Shown one piece after another: positions 46,401 through 58,808 of a DNA stretch of 64,000 nucleotides (positions are counted from its first letter, which is position 1; each line of letters starts with the position of its first letter). Under the pieces are notes generated by a model. It was not told the origin of the DNA. It saw nothing but the letters and a program-made list of their open reading frames with translations, and searched no databases. Source of the DNA: Podarcis bocagei (taxonomy: Eukaryota); assembly GCA_964188305.1 (NCBI GenBank), contig OZ076889.1; one strand, 5' to 3'. Position numbers and translations under genes: made by a program.

Positions 46401-49400
46401 TTGTGACACTTTGCCTTGGTGGCAGGGTGGTTTACTCATCCTTTTTCCTTTCAAAGACAATTTCAACAGGTGAGGTGAAGACTAGAAATTGCACCCGTGC
46501 ACAAGAGTTATGAGTCGCATGCATGCATCTTTCCTTCTATCACCTGCTGATTAGAGAGGAGGGAAATGTCAGAACATTAATTTCTAAAGTCAATCAGGGA
46601 CTTAACTAATTTGAAAATCTTAAATCGATTAATTGGGTTAATTAATCAAACTTTGCATTCCTAACTAGGACACACATGCTAGATAACAGGGAGTGATAGT
46701 ATATATGCTTTGCAGAAAGCTCAGATTCAATCCCCAGAATCACTATTCAGGTAGCAGATAACAGGAAATACTTTTTCATATGCTGGAGAGCTGCTATGAT
46801 TTAGCGTAGAAAATGCTAGGTTAGAATTATAGTAGTCTTACCCCTGTATAAGTCAGCTTCCTATGTCGCTTCATATTAATGTGCTGCAAGTCATTTTACA
46901 TCAGTACTTGAACGTTATGCAGAACAGTTCAAAACTATTCCTTGCCTTGTGCAGATGGTGGAAGCTGTTTTCTTGATTGTACATTCTGGTATAATATGCT
47001 GTCTACTTCTATTGATTCTCTTTATTATAGATTGGTGCTGTTCCCTTGGCTGCTTTAGGAGCTCCAACTCTTGACCCAGCCCTGGCTGCTCTAGGGCTTC
47101 CTGCAGCAAATTTAAACTCGCAGGTATATTGCTTGTGTTACATTCACATACACTTAAGTTTATTTTTAATTTGTGAATTTAACAGGGGGGGATAAAAAAA
47201 TAAGCATAATTTTTTGAAAATGAAACATATTATTAATGTATACCACCATCAGTGCACCTTAAGGGTACAGTAGCCATCAGTACAGCCATCTTGTGTCAAT
47301 AATCCAAATAGGTACCCACATGAAATTGGTGTCATATGTTCAGACATATGTTCAGATATAGCCAGGGCAGCGAGGTCCTCGGACCACTGCATGCAGATAG
47401 CAGGTGTTTATCCTTTAGGGCTTGCAGTATAAGTCTTTCAGCAACTAAGGGCTCGCAGTGTCCATTTTTTGGTTGTGCCTTTAATTTTTGTACTGTGGGA
47501 ATATAATTTCAAAGTACATGAGCATCTGCAAATATAAAGTATTTTACCACTACAAAATTGATATGGACAGCAACTTCAAACCACTGGAGAAGTTCATACC
47601 ATATGTCTCAATGAGGTATTTTCAGCATTACACCTCCATCCAGCATTATCTGTAATAGACAGTGCCTTTCTTTACAGATGTTGTAGAGTGCAGCATACCT
47701 GGAATATTAATTTTTGCTGTATCAATCTCAATTTCAAATCTAAAGAAACATTTCATATTGATTTTGAAGCATTTTTTATTTGTTTAGGATCTACTATATA
47801 CTGCTTTGGACACTATATACTGCTTTGATCTAGAATTTAATGAAACTGATACTTAACCAAGAACATTCAGCAATGAGTTAAACATGATTTTACATCAAGC
47901 ATTACACCTCCAGTATAAAAATTACAATAATTAGTCTTTCTATTATTTTTATAGATTTGTAGCTATCTCCCCAAGCCCCATTTGTTTAGAGACTCCATGG
48001 AATTTACATTTGTTTAGTCCTGCAGGGTTCAAACTGTGCTTTTTAACATCATGAAAATGCAAGATTTGAGATACAATGTCATTGATACCCAACACTGTTC
48101 CTCCATTTCATATAATTCAGATGAAGCAGTTGATTTGTTAAATCTTTATCTCAGCCCAGGATCAGGGCGTATAAAGCTCAGTCCGGACAAAACATTTGGT
48201 GAAACTTTGGTCTTTATCATTACTCATGTTCATATGACCCATTTGATATATAAAACACAGGGTAGCACTACCCACTGGCAGAGCTTCTTGTTGTATATAT
48301 TTTATTTTGCTTTAAAAGTTTTATTTGATTGAGATTTTCTTAAATAAATGAAATGGATTGTGTGTTTAAAATCGTACAGTCATACCTCAGGTTACGAACA
48401 CTGCGGGTTGCGCATTTTCAGGTTGCAGACTGCGCCAAACCCGGAAGTACCGGAACAGGTTACTTCTGGGTTTCAACGCATGTGCAGAAGCGCCGAATTG
48501 TGTCACATGTGTGTGCAGATGCAGCGCTGCGGGTTGTGTATGTGCCTCCCGCATGGATCGCGTTCACATCCCGAGGTATGACTGTATTCATGTGGCCTGT
48601 CCTCAAAGCCAAAGTTTTGCAAGAGTTAGTTATTGTTACTTCATCAGCATATTCTGTATTATGAACTCTTACTCATTCTCTTTAGGGGTTCTCTCTACTC
48701 AAACAGGGCATCACGCAGGCAAGCTCTATATTTATATCTATGGTCAATTGACCCCCACTATCCTATTTCCTAGTGTGGCTAGATTTGATTAGATTTGCTT
48801 ACCTTTAAAAATTTTGCAGATGAAAATTGCTGGAATCTTTAGAGTCGCATACTTATCTATTATAAAGGTTATGTAGAAAACTTGTAATCCGGAGCAAAAT
48901 TTCTAAAGTGTGAGTCTCAGTAAACTCAGTGCAACTGACTTCACACTAAACAGATTAGGATTATGTTGCACTGGCTAACTTTAAAAGCCCATAGTTACCC
49001 ACCATTGGAGTTCACACTTGGGGGTAACACAACTTCTAAGCAACTATCCATCTTGGAGACTAGCTATATAAGAACTTTTGACCCGTAGTCAAGCTTAATA
49101 TATAATTTAGCTTGTAAAATAAAACTATAGGCACAATTGAGAATTAAATGTGCATTGCAACTTTAAAATCTAACTTTACTGACAAGAACCACATCTGTCA
49201 ATTAGATTAAAGTACCATTAATGTTTAGAAAACAATTGCTACAAATATAGCACAAGTTTAGCTTCGCTCTTTTCACTCAACAGCTTGACTGTTAAACCCT
49301 TGGCATTTTAAACAAACAGTAAAATAAAGACCAGTTCTTCAGCAAACTGGACGCTCTCAATCAATGCAGTTGAGAATTAAGTGCTGACATTAACCACTAC

Positions 49401-52400
49401 AGGTCAGAAAGAAAATTGCTGTTCTATGCCTGGAACACTGTGACCCTATCAGAGAACATTAGGTGACTACTTCCATGAGTCAGAGATATTTTTTTTTGCA
49501 TATTCGCTTCTTTAATCTGCAAATGTCTGCTCATTTGGGTTAGATTTAGGGGCTGTTTGGATATTCTTTCCTTCCCTTCTGCAAATTTTCGACTTCTTTC
49601 AATGTTAAAAGCAATTTTTGATTAATTTTCTTTACAGTCTCTTGCAGCAGATCAACTACTAAAGCTTATGAGCACAGTGGATCCAAAGTAAGTTTCAATG
49701 TTGATGTTTAAACTATCATATTATAAAATAAATTTATAGGACACTTCATGTGCTTAAAGCCATAGAAGCAGTGTAAAAGATAAAAAGAGAGTAAAACACA
49801 CCAGGAGAATGGCAGTGCATGCACATCATGATAAACCATAGTTAATGGTTTACTGTGTACATATGATTTTCCCTCTGCTTCTCCCACAGTCTGAGTGGGA
49901 GCAGCAAACCATAATCCTTGGTTTAACATTAAATCCAAATAAAGGATCATGGTTTATTTGCGTGAAGCAAACCATGATTCTCAGTTCAGATGTAGCGCTA
50001 AGCCAGGGATCATGCTTTGCTGTTCCATTCACACTACAAATTGAATGAGAGGAGCAAATTGGGAGCTATCTTGGCATTCATGATAAACCATTAACTATGG
50101 GGCAGTGTGATCCATGCTCATAGGAAACGGAGGTCAGTTTGTAGAGAGCCTCTAGAGTATTTTTATTGTAGAAACCAACATCTTTTATTACAGAGGAAGC
50201 AACATTTTTTAATGCTGTTGCGGATCCAAGGCCTATTACTTTGCCAGTTCTTAACTTGTCTTTTTGCTTTTAATGGTTATATTGAAGTTTTGATTTTGTA
50301 TTTTTGGTCGATTGAGTTGAATATATGTACTAGCTACCTATTCATCCAGTTTTGGATAAACAGAGATGGGGAGCAGGACCACTCTATTGGTTCTACTAAG
50401 ATGCTTCTCTTCCTTTGGTTTTTTCTCTCCTGCCACAATTTTAATCCCAACTGCATACAACTTTGAAACTTTTAGAATTAGTGCCCATGTTTGATTGTGC
50501 CATCAATCAAATGTTTTCTTAACATCACTTTTTCCTTTTGTGTTGTATCTGTTATGAGCCTATGGGTGGGGACTCCTGTTTTATTAATCATCTGTCAGTT
50601 CCTTTGTTACCATTTTCAAAAGAAGAAGGGAGTAAAAATAAATGATATATTTTTGGTTTCTAGGCTGAACCATGTAGCTGCAGGTCTTGTTTCACCAAGT
50701 CTGAAAACAGATACCTCCAGTAAAGAAATAGAAGAAGCCATGAAACGAGTACGAGAAGCACAATCCCTGATTTCTGCTGCTATAGAGCCAGGTAAACTGA
50801 TCTTGACTGTCTTTCTTATATTACAAAAACTACTTGTTGTTAGAATGCCAATGACATCAAATTCTGCAGGATGGTAAAAATGGGGGCATGGGATTGAGAA
50901 GAGCTCCAAGAGATCTATCCGATGCCAACGAATGGGCAATGAATTGTCAAATGCTGTTCAGTGGAAGAAAGTATAAAGTGAGGCGAATTGGTGCTATCTT
51001 TGTCTATACGCTGATGGGTTCTGAACCGGCAATGGCTGACATGAAAAGATATTATGTAGTTGTTGTGAGTAGCTCCATGAAGAAGATCAACTCAGCATGC
51101 AACAGTTGTGAAAGGCAAATTTTGTGTTACAAATAGTTTAGAAAAAGAGACCATAATGATTTCATACACCTGTGGTGTCACCACACTTGGAAGACTGTGC
51201 AGCCCTAGTCTCAAAAAAGGATATCATAGAGCAGAAAAACATGATGCCCATCAAAACGGGCAGTTCTTCTACAAAGAAATATGATGTATGGAGCTATCTG
51301 GTTTAGCAAAAACGATGAATAAGAAAGAATGTGACAGAAGTGTATAATATTTATGCATGAAGTAGAGTTTTCTTCATTGTGGGGTCATCCAGCAAAACTC
51401 AATGCTGGGTGATTCAGGACTGACAAAAGGCGGTACTTCACACATGGTGATGGCTAGCTACTAAGTTAGAGGGCTTTAAAGGGCAAATAGATAAATTCAT
51501 GGAGGATAAGGATATCGGTGGCTACTTGTCATGATGGATGTATACTACTTCCTAGATCGGCAGCAGTATGCTCCTGAAAATACCACTTGCTAAGTAACAA
51601 CACCAGAAGACTTTTGTTCACATGCCCTGTTTATGGGCTTCTCATAGGAAGCAAATAGACTTCTGCAGAAGATGGGATCCTGCGCTAAATAAACCTTTGA
51701 TGTGATCCAGCAGGGCAGCTCTTAAGATCTCAATGTTGAACAAAACTTTGGCCTGCTTGTATATTTTAGGCACTTTGGCTTTAAAAAAAATACCATGAAA
51801 GTTCTTCATCTCTTAATGAATGTAAGCTTGCAATTTCATAGAATGGTTGTGTTAAAGAATTCAGACATAGGAATTGATGGTTTTTCTCTCTTGAGTAAAA
51901 AAAACCTCATTCACTTTCTGCTTTTTGTACAGAGTGCCCCCGAAGGTAGGCAGCCAAACATATATGTCATATGATAATGAAAGGATTCCAACTTTTTAAT
52001 ATTTTAATTCCAGATAAAAAAGATGACAAGAGAAGGCATTCAAGATCCAGATCACGTTCAAGAAGGAGGAGAACTCCATCTTCTTCTAGACACAGGTAAA
52101 ATTTAGTGAGGTGGGATCATTGACAGTCCAAAATCAAAGTGCTTTAGGATATTTCTCTTGTTATGCTGCTTTATAAATATATGACAATAGAAAAGAGTTT
52201 TGTGTATCTAGGATTTGAAAGTGAGTAAAAGGGCAGACTTTTACCAGGTTATGGGTGAAATTACGTTGCACAGAGCATGTTCTCAAACCCTGATTATATC
52301 CTTGATTCAACATATTAAGCTGCATTTGTTGAATATTAAAACTAACAATTTAGCATGGTTGGTGCTGGAAAGAGTTGCATCAAAAGATGGCCACAATTAT

Positions 52401-55400
52401 TGTGAAGGTAACTTTTAAGGTCAACTTCATTGAGATAAATTGAGAAGTTGGTTATGGGACAACTCAGTCACAGTAAGTAAAGTATGGTACAATACAATAC
52501 AGTAAGATGAATATTAAATATTGTTCTGTTCAATAGACGGTCAAGAAGCCGGTCAAGGAGACGATCTCACTCAAAATCAAGAAGCAGGAGACGATCTAAA
52601 AGTCCTCGGCGACGGAGGTCTCATTCCAGAGAGCGTGTTCGAAGGTCTCGGAGCACATCCAAACCCAGGTAATCCCTAGAAACTTAGTACATCCTTCAAT
52701 ACGAAAAGTATCAGAATTACAGTCTTGGCTATTAGAAAGTCAGAGCTATAGCTACAGGAGTTTGATAAATTCATTATGCAAGGACAGTGAGAGAGCTAAT
52801 CTGCGTGTACCTTTTTTATCTAATTGGTTTTTTAGAGACAAAAAGAAAGAAGAGAAAGAGAAGAAACGGTCTAAAACTCCACCAAAGAGTTACAGCACAG
52901 CCAGACGATCCAGAAGCACAAGCAGGTGCCGTATAACCTTTAATCTTGTATTTACTTTGCAAAAGTAATTGTGCATATCCTGCTGCATCGGACTGACCAA
53001 AAGGGTTATATAGTATCAAATAAAAGCATTTTCTTTGAACTACAGGGCTTCACATAACAAAGATGATGTAAAACATACTTAATGAGTTCATTTATGTAAG
53101 TTTTTCCTGTCTTGCGAGCCAGCAGACCCATTTCATGCAGGCATCTTGCAGTCTGAACTGTAGGTAGGCAGGTTGCTCTTTCCTATACACATAGCCCCCT
53201 TTTACTTTCCATTTCTAAGGAGTAACAAAACCATAGGGTTGTATCTGACACTGCGTGAGCAGAAAGCAAGCTGATGTGAGAGATCTTTACCTTCCCTTCC
53301 TCACCCCATACCTTCTCTCCGAAAAGCCTGTCCAAAGGTCAGCTGTCGTCCCCCCACCCAACCAAGGAAGGCGACAGTTAATTCTTTATTGACAAAAGCT
53401 CGCACTTACAGCAGCTCCTAAGGTGCACCAGAAGCATACAAACACTTCTAGTGTTTACGTAGCTGGCATTAACTTTCCCATGTTTGTGCCCCAGTGGAGC
53501 AGTTGAAGCAACAGTGGGACCATGCGCCCTCCCCCCAGGCTTATGTATCCTCATTTGACGGAATACACACACGCAACCTGAGACTTCTCTTGCACAGAAG
53601 TCGTTGCTGCGCCTCCCCCTTCAAGACCCTTCTGGTTCTGTATAGACAACATGGGTATGATGGGAATGTTAAAGTGATACTTAAAAACAATGGAGATGTT
53701 TATTTGAAGGCATCTTGACTTCTGTTATTAACTACAGAGAAAGACGGCGCAGAAGAAGCAGAAGTGGATCTAGGTCACCTAAAAAGCCCAGGTCTCCCAA
53801 GAGAAAGCCGTCCAGGTCTCCTTCACCAAAAAGGTTTGTTTATTTAACAAATCCATAAACTGTAGACTTCTGCTTTGGGAAGGACACAGTGAGAAGGCAT
53901 CCGTCTCATTGTTGCCAGGAAATCCTTGGAGCATGTTATTTTGTTAATAAGTGTACTTAGATTACCATGACTGTGGCCATTTGAGCAAACTATGGTATAT
54001 AATGGGATATGTTGAAAGGATTATAGCTTTTATTATGTTATTTTTATAAATGTTCTTTGCTATATAACATGTCAAAAGTGATGACCATATAAGTTGTAGA
54101 ATTTCCTCTTTTTTATACCTGTACACATAATTGGTTTATTTAGTGTCTCCATTGTTGTCCTGCTTTATGGTTAGTTAGTGGCTAGTGCCTGATGCTACCT
54201 GTGATCTTTTAGAAACAAAAAATACTGTGTTTTTGAAAGGAAAGGAACAGTGTAGCTTGTGAGTTGGACCTATCACACCCAAAATTGGGTGAAATAATTT
54301 CTTAGTCTGCCATCTTGATTCAGAATGGTGCCCAGAACCCTTGTGGTGATTCTGGTAATGGTAATTTGAGAGGTGGCCGAAGCTATGTCAAAATGGCCAA
54401 AGTCACACTAATGTGATGTTTCAGTCCACCACCTTGATTCACAACAGTGCCAAGTAGCAACGAAGTCTGCTGTCCCGCCGAAGGAACCCTCATGCTAAGT
54501 TTGGTGATGATATTGCGAGAAGCAACCAAACCTGTGCGAAAAATTGAAGAAGTGACATTTCTCTCTGCTGACTTGATTTAAAATGTCAGCCAGCATCCAA
54601 ACATTTACAAAGATCACTATCCCCACTTTGTTTGGCAATGATATCTCACCTATAGAGAACAGACGGACTGACAAATCCCTTTCCAAAACATATAATAGTT
54701 TAAAATTCTGGGCTGAGAAGGTATTTTAAAAACTAAAATCAGATTGATAGGAGGGCTTGTTACATTCATTTTAGTGCTTGTAGCCGATACAGTTGATACT
54801 TTTGTGTGAATAATTTTATATACTTCTAAGGAGAGTGGAATTGTTTGGATGGTTTTTTAGTAAACTAGCTTTTATAGAATTATAGGCAAGAGTAAATTTC
54901 TTTAGCTTGAATCTGAATATTACCAACAGATCAGTCCAGCAAAAATCTCACCCTCGGCAGAACCAGTTTTGGATGTACAGCTTGCCATAACCATACTTTT
55001 TGTTCAAATTTGGCTTCTGGCTACTTGAAGGGGGGCAGGGAGGAGAACTGAAATATTTCACTGATCATATAAAATGCCTATATTTCTCAGTTTCTTGAAT
55101 TATCTTACTGCCTTAGGCACAAAAAAGAGAAGAAAAAGGATAAAGACAAGGAGAGAACCAGGGATGAACGCGAGAGGTCAACAAGCAAGAAGAAAAAGAG
55201 TAAAGACAAAGAGAAGGATCGAGAGAGAAAGTCAGAGAGTGACAAAGATGTCAAAGTATGCTTTAAAAATCTGTTTTGTTTGTTTGTGCAGTGTCCTACT
55301 TAACCCTAGAATCCCAAGAGCCTTTAAGCATGTCTTACATACTTTGCTTTGTGTTTTATCTTGGCAAAGCAGGTCACAAGGGATTATGATGAAGAAGAAC

Positions 55401-55564
55401 AAGGCTATGATAGTGAAAAAGAGAAAAAGGAGGAAAAGGCAGCAGATTCTACTTCCCCAAAACATAGGGAGTCACCAGCCGAAAAAGGGAGCGGAGATAC
55501 AACAAGGGAGTCCAAAGTCAATGGGGATGATCATCATGAAGAGGATATGGATATGAGTGACTGA
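37346..55564 (+). CDS. SRSF11: SRSF11, serine/arginine-rich splicing factor 11; complete spliced CDS, 12 coding exons, 458 aa (457 without the NAGNAG Gln)
   Basis: Exon sizes 128,134,110,93,50,128,82,132,90,96,139,195; GT-AG, phases consistent; N-terminal RRM (VIQVTNVSP...RVCFVKF...DRALIV), RS domain, acidic tail HHEEDMDMSD. Confidence 0.96.
40842..40975 (+). CDS. SRSF11: SRSF11 coding exon 2
   Basis: DSPLPVSSRVCFVKFQEPDSAVVAQHLTNTVFVDRALIVVPYAE; 134 nt. Confidence 0.95.
42523..42539 (+). other. SRSF11: Candidate SRSF11 17-nt frameshifting microexon (or 98-nt PTC exon from 42442)
   Basis: tgtttgcag|AAAGGGGCTGTGGGGAG|gtaaga. Confidence 0.45.
43323..43397 (+). other. SRSF11: Candidate SRSF11 cassette exon with two donors: 18 nt in-frame (to 43340) or 75 nt with PTC (to 43397)
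   Basis: Long U-rich tract + ttctag acceptor; donors ACG|gtaagg and CAG|gtatta; TAG at 43349-43351. Confidence 0.55.
43496..43553 (+). other. SRSF11: Candidate SRSF11 58-nt poison exon
   Basis: Long pyrimidine tract + tgcag; donor CTG|gtgagg; in-frame TGA at 43534-43536. Confidence 0.6.
43919..44162. other. Assembly gap (244 N)
   Basis: Run of n. Confidence 0.99.
44385..44489 (+). other. SRSF11: Candidate SRSF11 105-nt poison exon
   Basis: cccttgcag acceptor (alternative at 44356); donor CAG|gtaagg; in-frame TAG at 44447-44449. Confidence 0.55.
44665..44940. other. Assembly gap (276 N)
   Basis: Run of n. Confidence 0.99.
45172..45281 (+). CDS. SRSF11: SRSF11 coding exon 3
   Basis: VIPDETKALSLLAPANAVAGLLPGGGLLPTPNPLSQ; 110 nt. 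Confidence 0.95.
47031..47123 (+). CDS. SRSF11: SRSF11 coding exon 4
   Basis: IGAVPLAALGAPTLDPALAALGLPAANLNSQ; 93 nt. Confidence 0.94.
47263..47480. mobile_element. Candidate TTAA-flanked non-autonomous DNA transposon (Kolobok/piggyBac-like)
   Basis: ttaa|GGGTACA...TGTGCCT|ttaa; short imperfect TIR. Confidence 0.35.
48377..48584. mobile_element. Tc1/mariner-type MITE
   Basis: ta|CAGTCATACCTCAGG...CCCGAGGTATGACTG|ta. Confidence 0.85.
49284..49402 (+). other. SRSF11: Candidate SRSF11 119-nt poison or alternative terminal exon in intron 4
   Basis: ctcttttcactcaacag acceptor; TAA at 49293-49295; AATAAA at 49323; donor CAG|gtcaga. Confidence 0.5.
49638..49687 (+). CDS. SRSF11: SRSF11 coding exon 5
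   Basis: SLAADQLLKLMSTVDP; 50 nt. Confidence 0.93.
50664..50791 (+). CDS. SRSF11: SRSF11 coding exon 6
   Basis: LNHVAAGLVSPSLKTDTSSKEIEEAMKRVREAQSLISAAIEP; 128 nt. Confidence 0.95.
50990..51730 (+). mobile_element. Old CR1 LINE 3' fragment
   Basis: ccacacttggaagactgtgc...ggggtcatccagcaaaactc...ttcaggactgacaaaagg...gataaattcatggaggataagg...tgatccagcagggc; boundaries approximate. Confidence 0.7.
52014..52095 (+). CDS. SRSF11: SRSF11 coding exon 7
   Basis: KKDDKRRHSRSRSRSRRRRTPSSSRH; 82 nt. Confidence 0.94.
52537..52668 (+). CDS. SRSF11: SRSF11 coding exon 8
   Basis: RSRSRSRRRSHSKSRSRRRSKSPRRRRSHSRERVRRSRSTSKP; 132 nt. Confidence 0.94.
52836..52925 (+). CDS. SRSF11: SRSF11 coding exon 9
   Basis: DKKKEEKEKKRSKTPPKSYSTARRSRSTS; 90 nt. 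Confidence 0.93.
53738..53833 (+). CDS. SRSF11: SRSF11 coding exon 10
   Basis: ERRRRRSRSGSRSPKKPRSPKRKPSRSPSPK; 96 nt. Confidence 0.93.
55117..55255 (+). CDS. SRSF11: SRSF11 coding exon 11
   Basis: HKKEKKKDKDKERTRDERERSTSKKKKSKDKEKDRERKSESDKDVK; 139 nt. Confidence 0.94.
55370..55564 (+). CDS. SRSF11: SRSF11 last coding exon (NAGNAG acceptor: 55370 or 55373)
   Basis: aag|cag|GTC; (Q)VTRDYDEEEQGYDSEKEKKEE...DDHHEEDMDMSD-TGA. Confidence 0.94.
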   Translation, partial: QVTRDYDEEEQGYDSEKEKKEEKAADSTSPKHRESPAEKGSGDTTRESKVNGDDHHEEDMDMSD

Positions 55565-56459
55565 ATATTGCCTTGGCAGTGAAAACAGTTGCCGACATGC
55601 ATCAGTGTCATTCCTGTGTGATTCCTTTATGCTGTACTTGTTTAACCTTTTAAGCTAGATGTACACAGCTGTAACTATAACTGGTTGTAAAGCTCCTGAT
55701 ATTAAATAATTACATCAAAAGCTTTAGAGAAAGTGATGTCTGGGTTTCCATTCTTGTTATTGGCCAAACTGAATTGAGTAGCCCAGCAGTTCTTATTAAA
55801 CTTGGTGCTGCTTTTTTCATTTTTGAGCAAAAAGCTGCATGCATCTTTGGCAGGCATGGACTGTTTGTGTTGTATGATCTTTTTAGTAAACCAGCTCACC
55901 TACAATAGTGTTTCTAGAGTTTGATTCATTTGCGGTAATAGAGCAAAATAGGGAATGCACTGGCTGCATGTTAACTGTGGCAAGAACATCCTCATCTCCT
56001 ACAACATGGTGGATCTACTAAGGGTCTTAAATGTAGACAAAGAAACTAACATTAGCTTCATCTGGAAACAAACGTTCTGATAGACATAACCTTTTTAGCC
56101 TTGTGGCTAAATCTTTTTGTTGTGGATTTGTTTGGCTTTGGCAAGGTTGAAATGCACTAGCCTTTTTTGATGCCCAATGTAAGGTGAACTTCGAGTCTAA
56201 ATCCTTCTCAGGTGGTGTGTTTGATTTTTGACAACTTGGACTTCTTGAGATAGTAATGCAAAACTTCTGTAAGACAGGAGGGAGTGAACCTTGTGTAGTT
56301 CTTCATAACCTGCGTTTATTTCATTTTGTTTGTATGTGTAAAAACCCTGCAAAAAAGGATAGTGCATTTAAAAAAATTGAACTTCATGATAATTTTAAAA
56401 CATGATGATTTTAAAACAAGTCTACTTGATAATGTACTTGATCGCAAGTTGTATAAACT

Positions 56460-56665
56460 AATAAATTTGTGTTACAGTCACTGAAGTAGTAACCTTTTGC
56501 ACACAGTGATTTCCTGTTATTATGCAAAGTAGTTGGGAAACCTCTTTTAGTTCTGGACGTTTTTGGAGCATTTACTTTTGTGCTGGTAAAAACAAAAGTA
56601 GGCTACAGTCTGTGCCATGTTGATGTACAGTTTCTGAAATTGTTTTACAAGACTTTGATAATAAA
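56460..56665 (+). terminator. SRSF11: SRSF11 tandem polyA signals
   Basis: AATAAA at 56460-56465 and 56660-56665, each with nearby TGTA and downstream GU-rich sequence. Confidence 0.7.
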
Positions 56666-58635
56666 ACCCTTAAATATACACTTGTATTTGTACTACAGTG
56701 TACATGTATCTATTTATGCTATTGACTTGTATGGCATTACCTCACTTGTCTCCTATTCACGTTTCCATTTAGGACCAGGCATAAACTGATGCATAATTCT
56801 GCTTCCAGGCGTTTCCCACATTACTTTGGGAATGGGAGAACAAAAAATAAGTGTTACAGCAAGTCCTTAAAAGAGGAAATAATACAATGTAGTCTAAAGC
56901 TTTATCACTGGAATGTCAACTCCTTGACCTGTATTTCTATTTTTAAAAAGTGGGAAAATAAGGTAACATCCAAGTGCCATTCATTCTGAATGCCAATCTG
57001 TCAAAGAAAACTTGCTCTGATAACCGGTGAAGGCTGATAGAAGTTACATGTTAATAACCATATTGGGTGGGTAACCTGTGGCCCTCTAAATGCTGTTGCA
57101 CTCTCATCAACTCCCAGCAGTATGGCTGGGGGTTAGGATGATGGAAATTGTAGTCCAGCATCATGTGGAGAGTCACAGGTTAGCCATGCCTGACCTACAT
57201 TATTTGTTTGAATTTTATAAATTTAACACAAGTAGCATATGAAAATGACATTTTTCCACGGGTGTTTTACAGTGAAAATTGCTATTTAGAATAACTTCTT
57301 AGAATTTATGGATATGTAACTTTCTAAATAACTGTGAGGTATTTTCTCAATATAGTGAAGTATATAAAGAATGTCTCCCAGCCTTTTTTTTCCTAGAAAA
57401 AATGTACCCTCAGAAGATATGAAGCGCTCTGTCTTTAGATAGCGCCACTGATGAGTATGTGCTAGAAGTCTCGGTTAATTGTTGTGGTTATTTGTGACTA
57501 TACAAAGCAATTCAAAAGCAATCCATTTATGCTGAGGTCTCAAAAGTAAATTGAAACTGTTTTGGCGTTCCTAAGGGCCAAACTAGATGATGCATTAAAT
57601 GTGATTGTAGTTTCATACTTTCCCAAGTTTTGTTTTTTAAAAAAATAGCTATATGATGGGGAACTAGCCTAGGAATGCAGAGAGGAGAGCCATAACATTT
57701 TCCCCAAACTGCGTGCACACAAAACACACAGCTGTTAAGGGTGGAAACTGCTTCTTTTCTCTGTCAAACAGCTTGGGGGGTCTCCAATGCCTTTATTTAG
57801 ACATGCAAATATGATTGTTTTTTAACATCTATTTTGGCCCCTTAGCGAGCTTGTGAAAAATGCATTAATAAAAAAGCAAGTGACTCAAAACCTGGATGTA
57901 GAAATAAGTGTGGCTCAGATGTAGACTCACTGTATACTGATGCAGGATTCCTGAAGCTGGTGCATCCTGAGCAAAGTTGTCTGCAAAACAGTCGTTTTTT
58001 GGCGTTTCCCCGAGAATCAAAATGCATTCTGGTCTAGGTCAAAGCTGACCTTCAATCCTGTATAGACCATGACCTCAAGTTAAGACAGCAGTTATGATAC
58101 AATCTCCTGAAACACATGGTAGCTGCTAATCCAGCACCATTCCACACAGGTGCTGTGAGAGGGAGGTCCTGGCGTATGCAGCTTGTCACCTCTTGGGCAA
58201 CGTAAAAGGGTAGCCATCACTGATCAACTTTTAGCCAGGTAGATGGTATGTGGAGATACTACCGTTTAACAAATAGGGCCTCCACATTTGTGCTGTGAGC
58301 TTGGAGGCAGCACCATGAACTGAGCAATCTGCTCACAAACGAGCATTTTGTATATCGGGGAATGCTTTGGAGGAATCTTTTACTTCATAGGTCTGCTGAG
58401 GATATTTCCTTGGCTCCCACATTCTGTGCCAAAAGGTATCTTTTGTACCCATTTTTGAAGCTGTCGTCTTGAGTAGAATCCTGCTGAGGAAAAAGAGCTC
58501 ACTCTCCTTGACTAGTCTCAAAAGGAAAGACTCAAGTGTCAATAGAGTGTACTGCTCAGCTGATTTCATCTTGATGAATATAAGGCTCACCCCATAAAGT
58601 TAGAAAACAACAAAGATGCACTGAAAATTGAGGAT

Positions 58636-58808
58636 TTTATTGAAAAATTGACCAATAAAATGTCCTTGTGAAAGTGATACACTGTAACATCCTTTTTCTT
58701 TAGCCTTCCTCTAATAAGGAGGAAGTGTCCACACATGGTAGAATATAGATTTCTGAAAATGTCCATATGTTCAGTCTCAAAAGCAAACAGCATCTTTTGG
58801 TCTTTATT
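58636..58808 (-). terminator. ANKRD13C: ANKRD13C candidate polyA signals
   Basis: tttatt at 58636-58641 (followed on the minus strand by TCTTTGTTGTTTT) and at 58803-58808; implies a ~3.8-kb 3' UTR. Confidence 0.6.

Noticed and set aside
49820-50110. Repeated AAACCAT/ATGGTTT palindromic motifs (similar at 21690-21880)
   Set aside because: Most likely an old palindromic squamate repeat; boundaries and family could not be fixed from sequence alone
55074-55556. 160-aa ORF overlapping SRSF11 exons 11-12 in another frame
   Set aside because: Starts in an intron and is a low-complexity by-product of purine-rich Lys/Glu/Arg codons; no independent support
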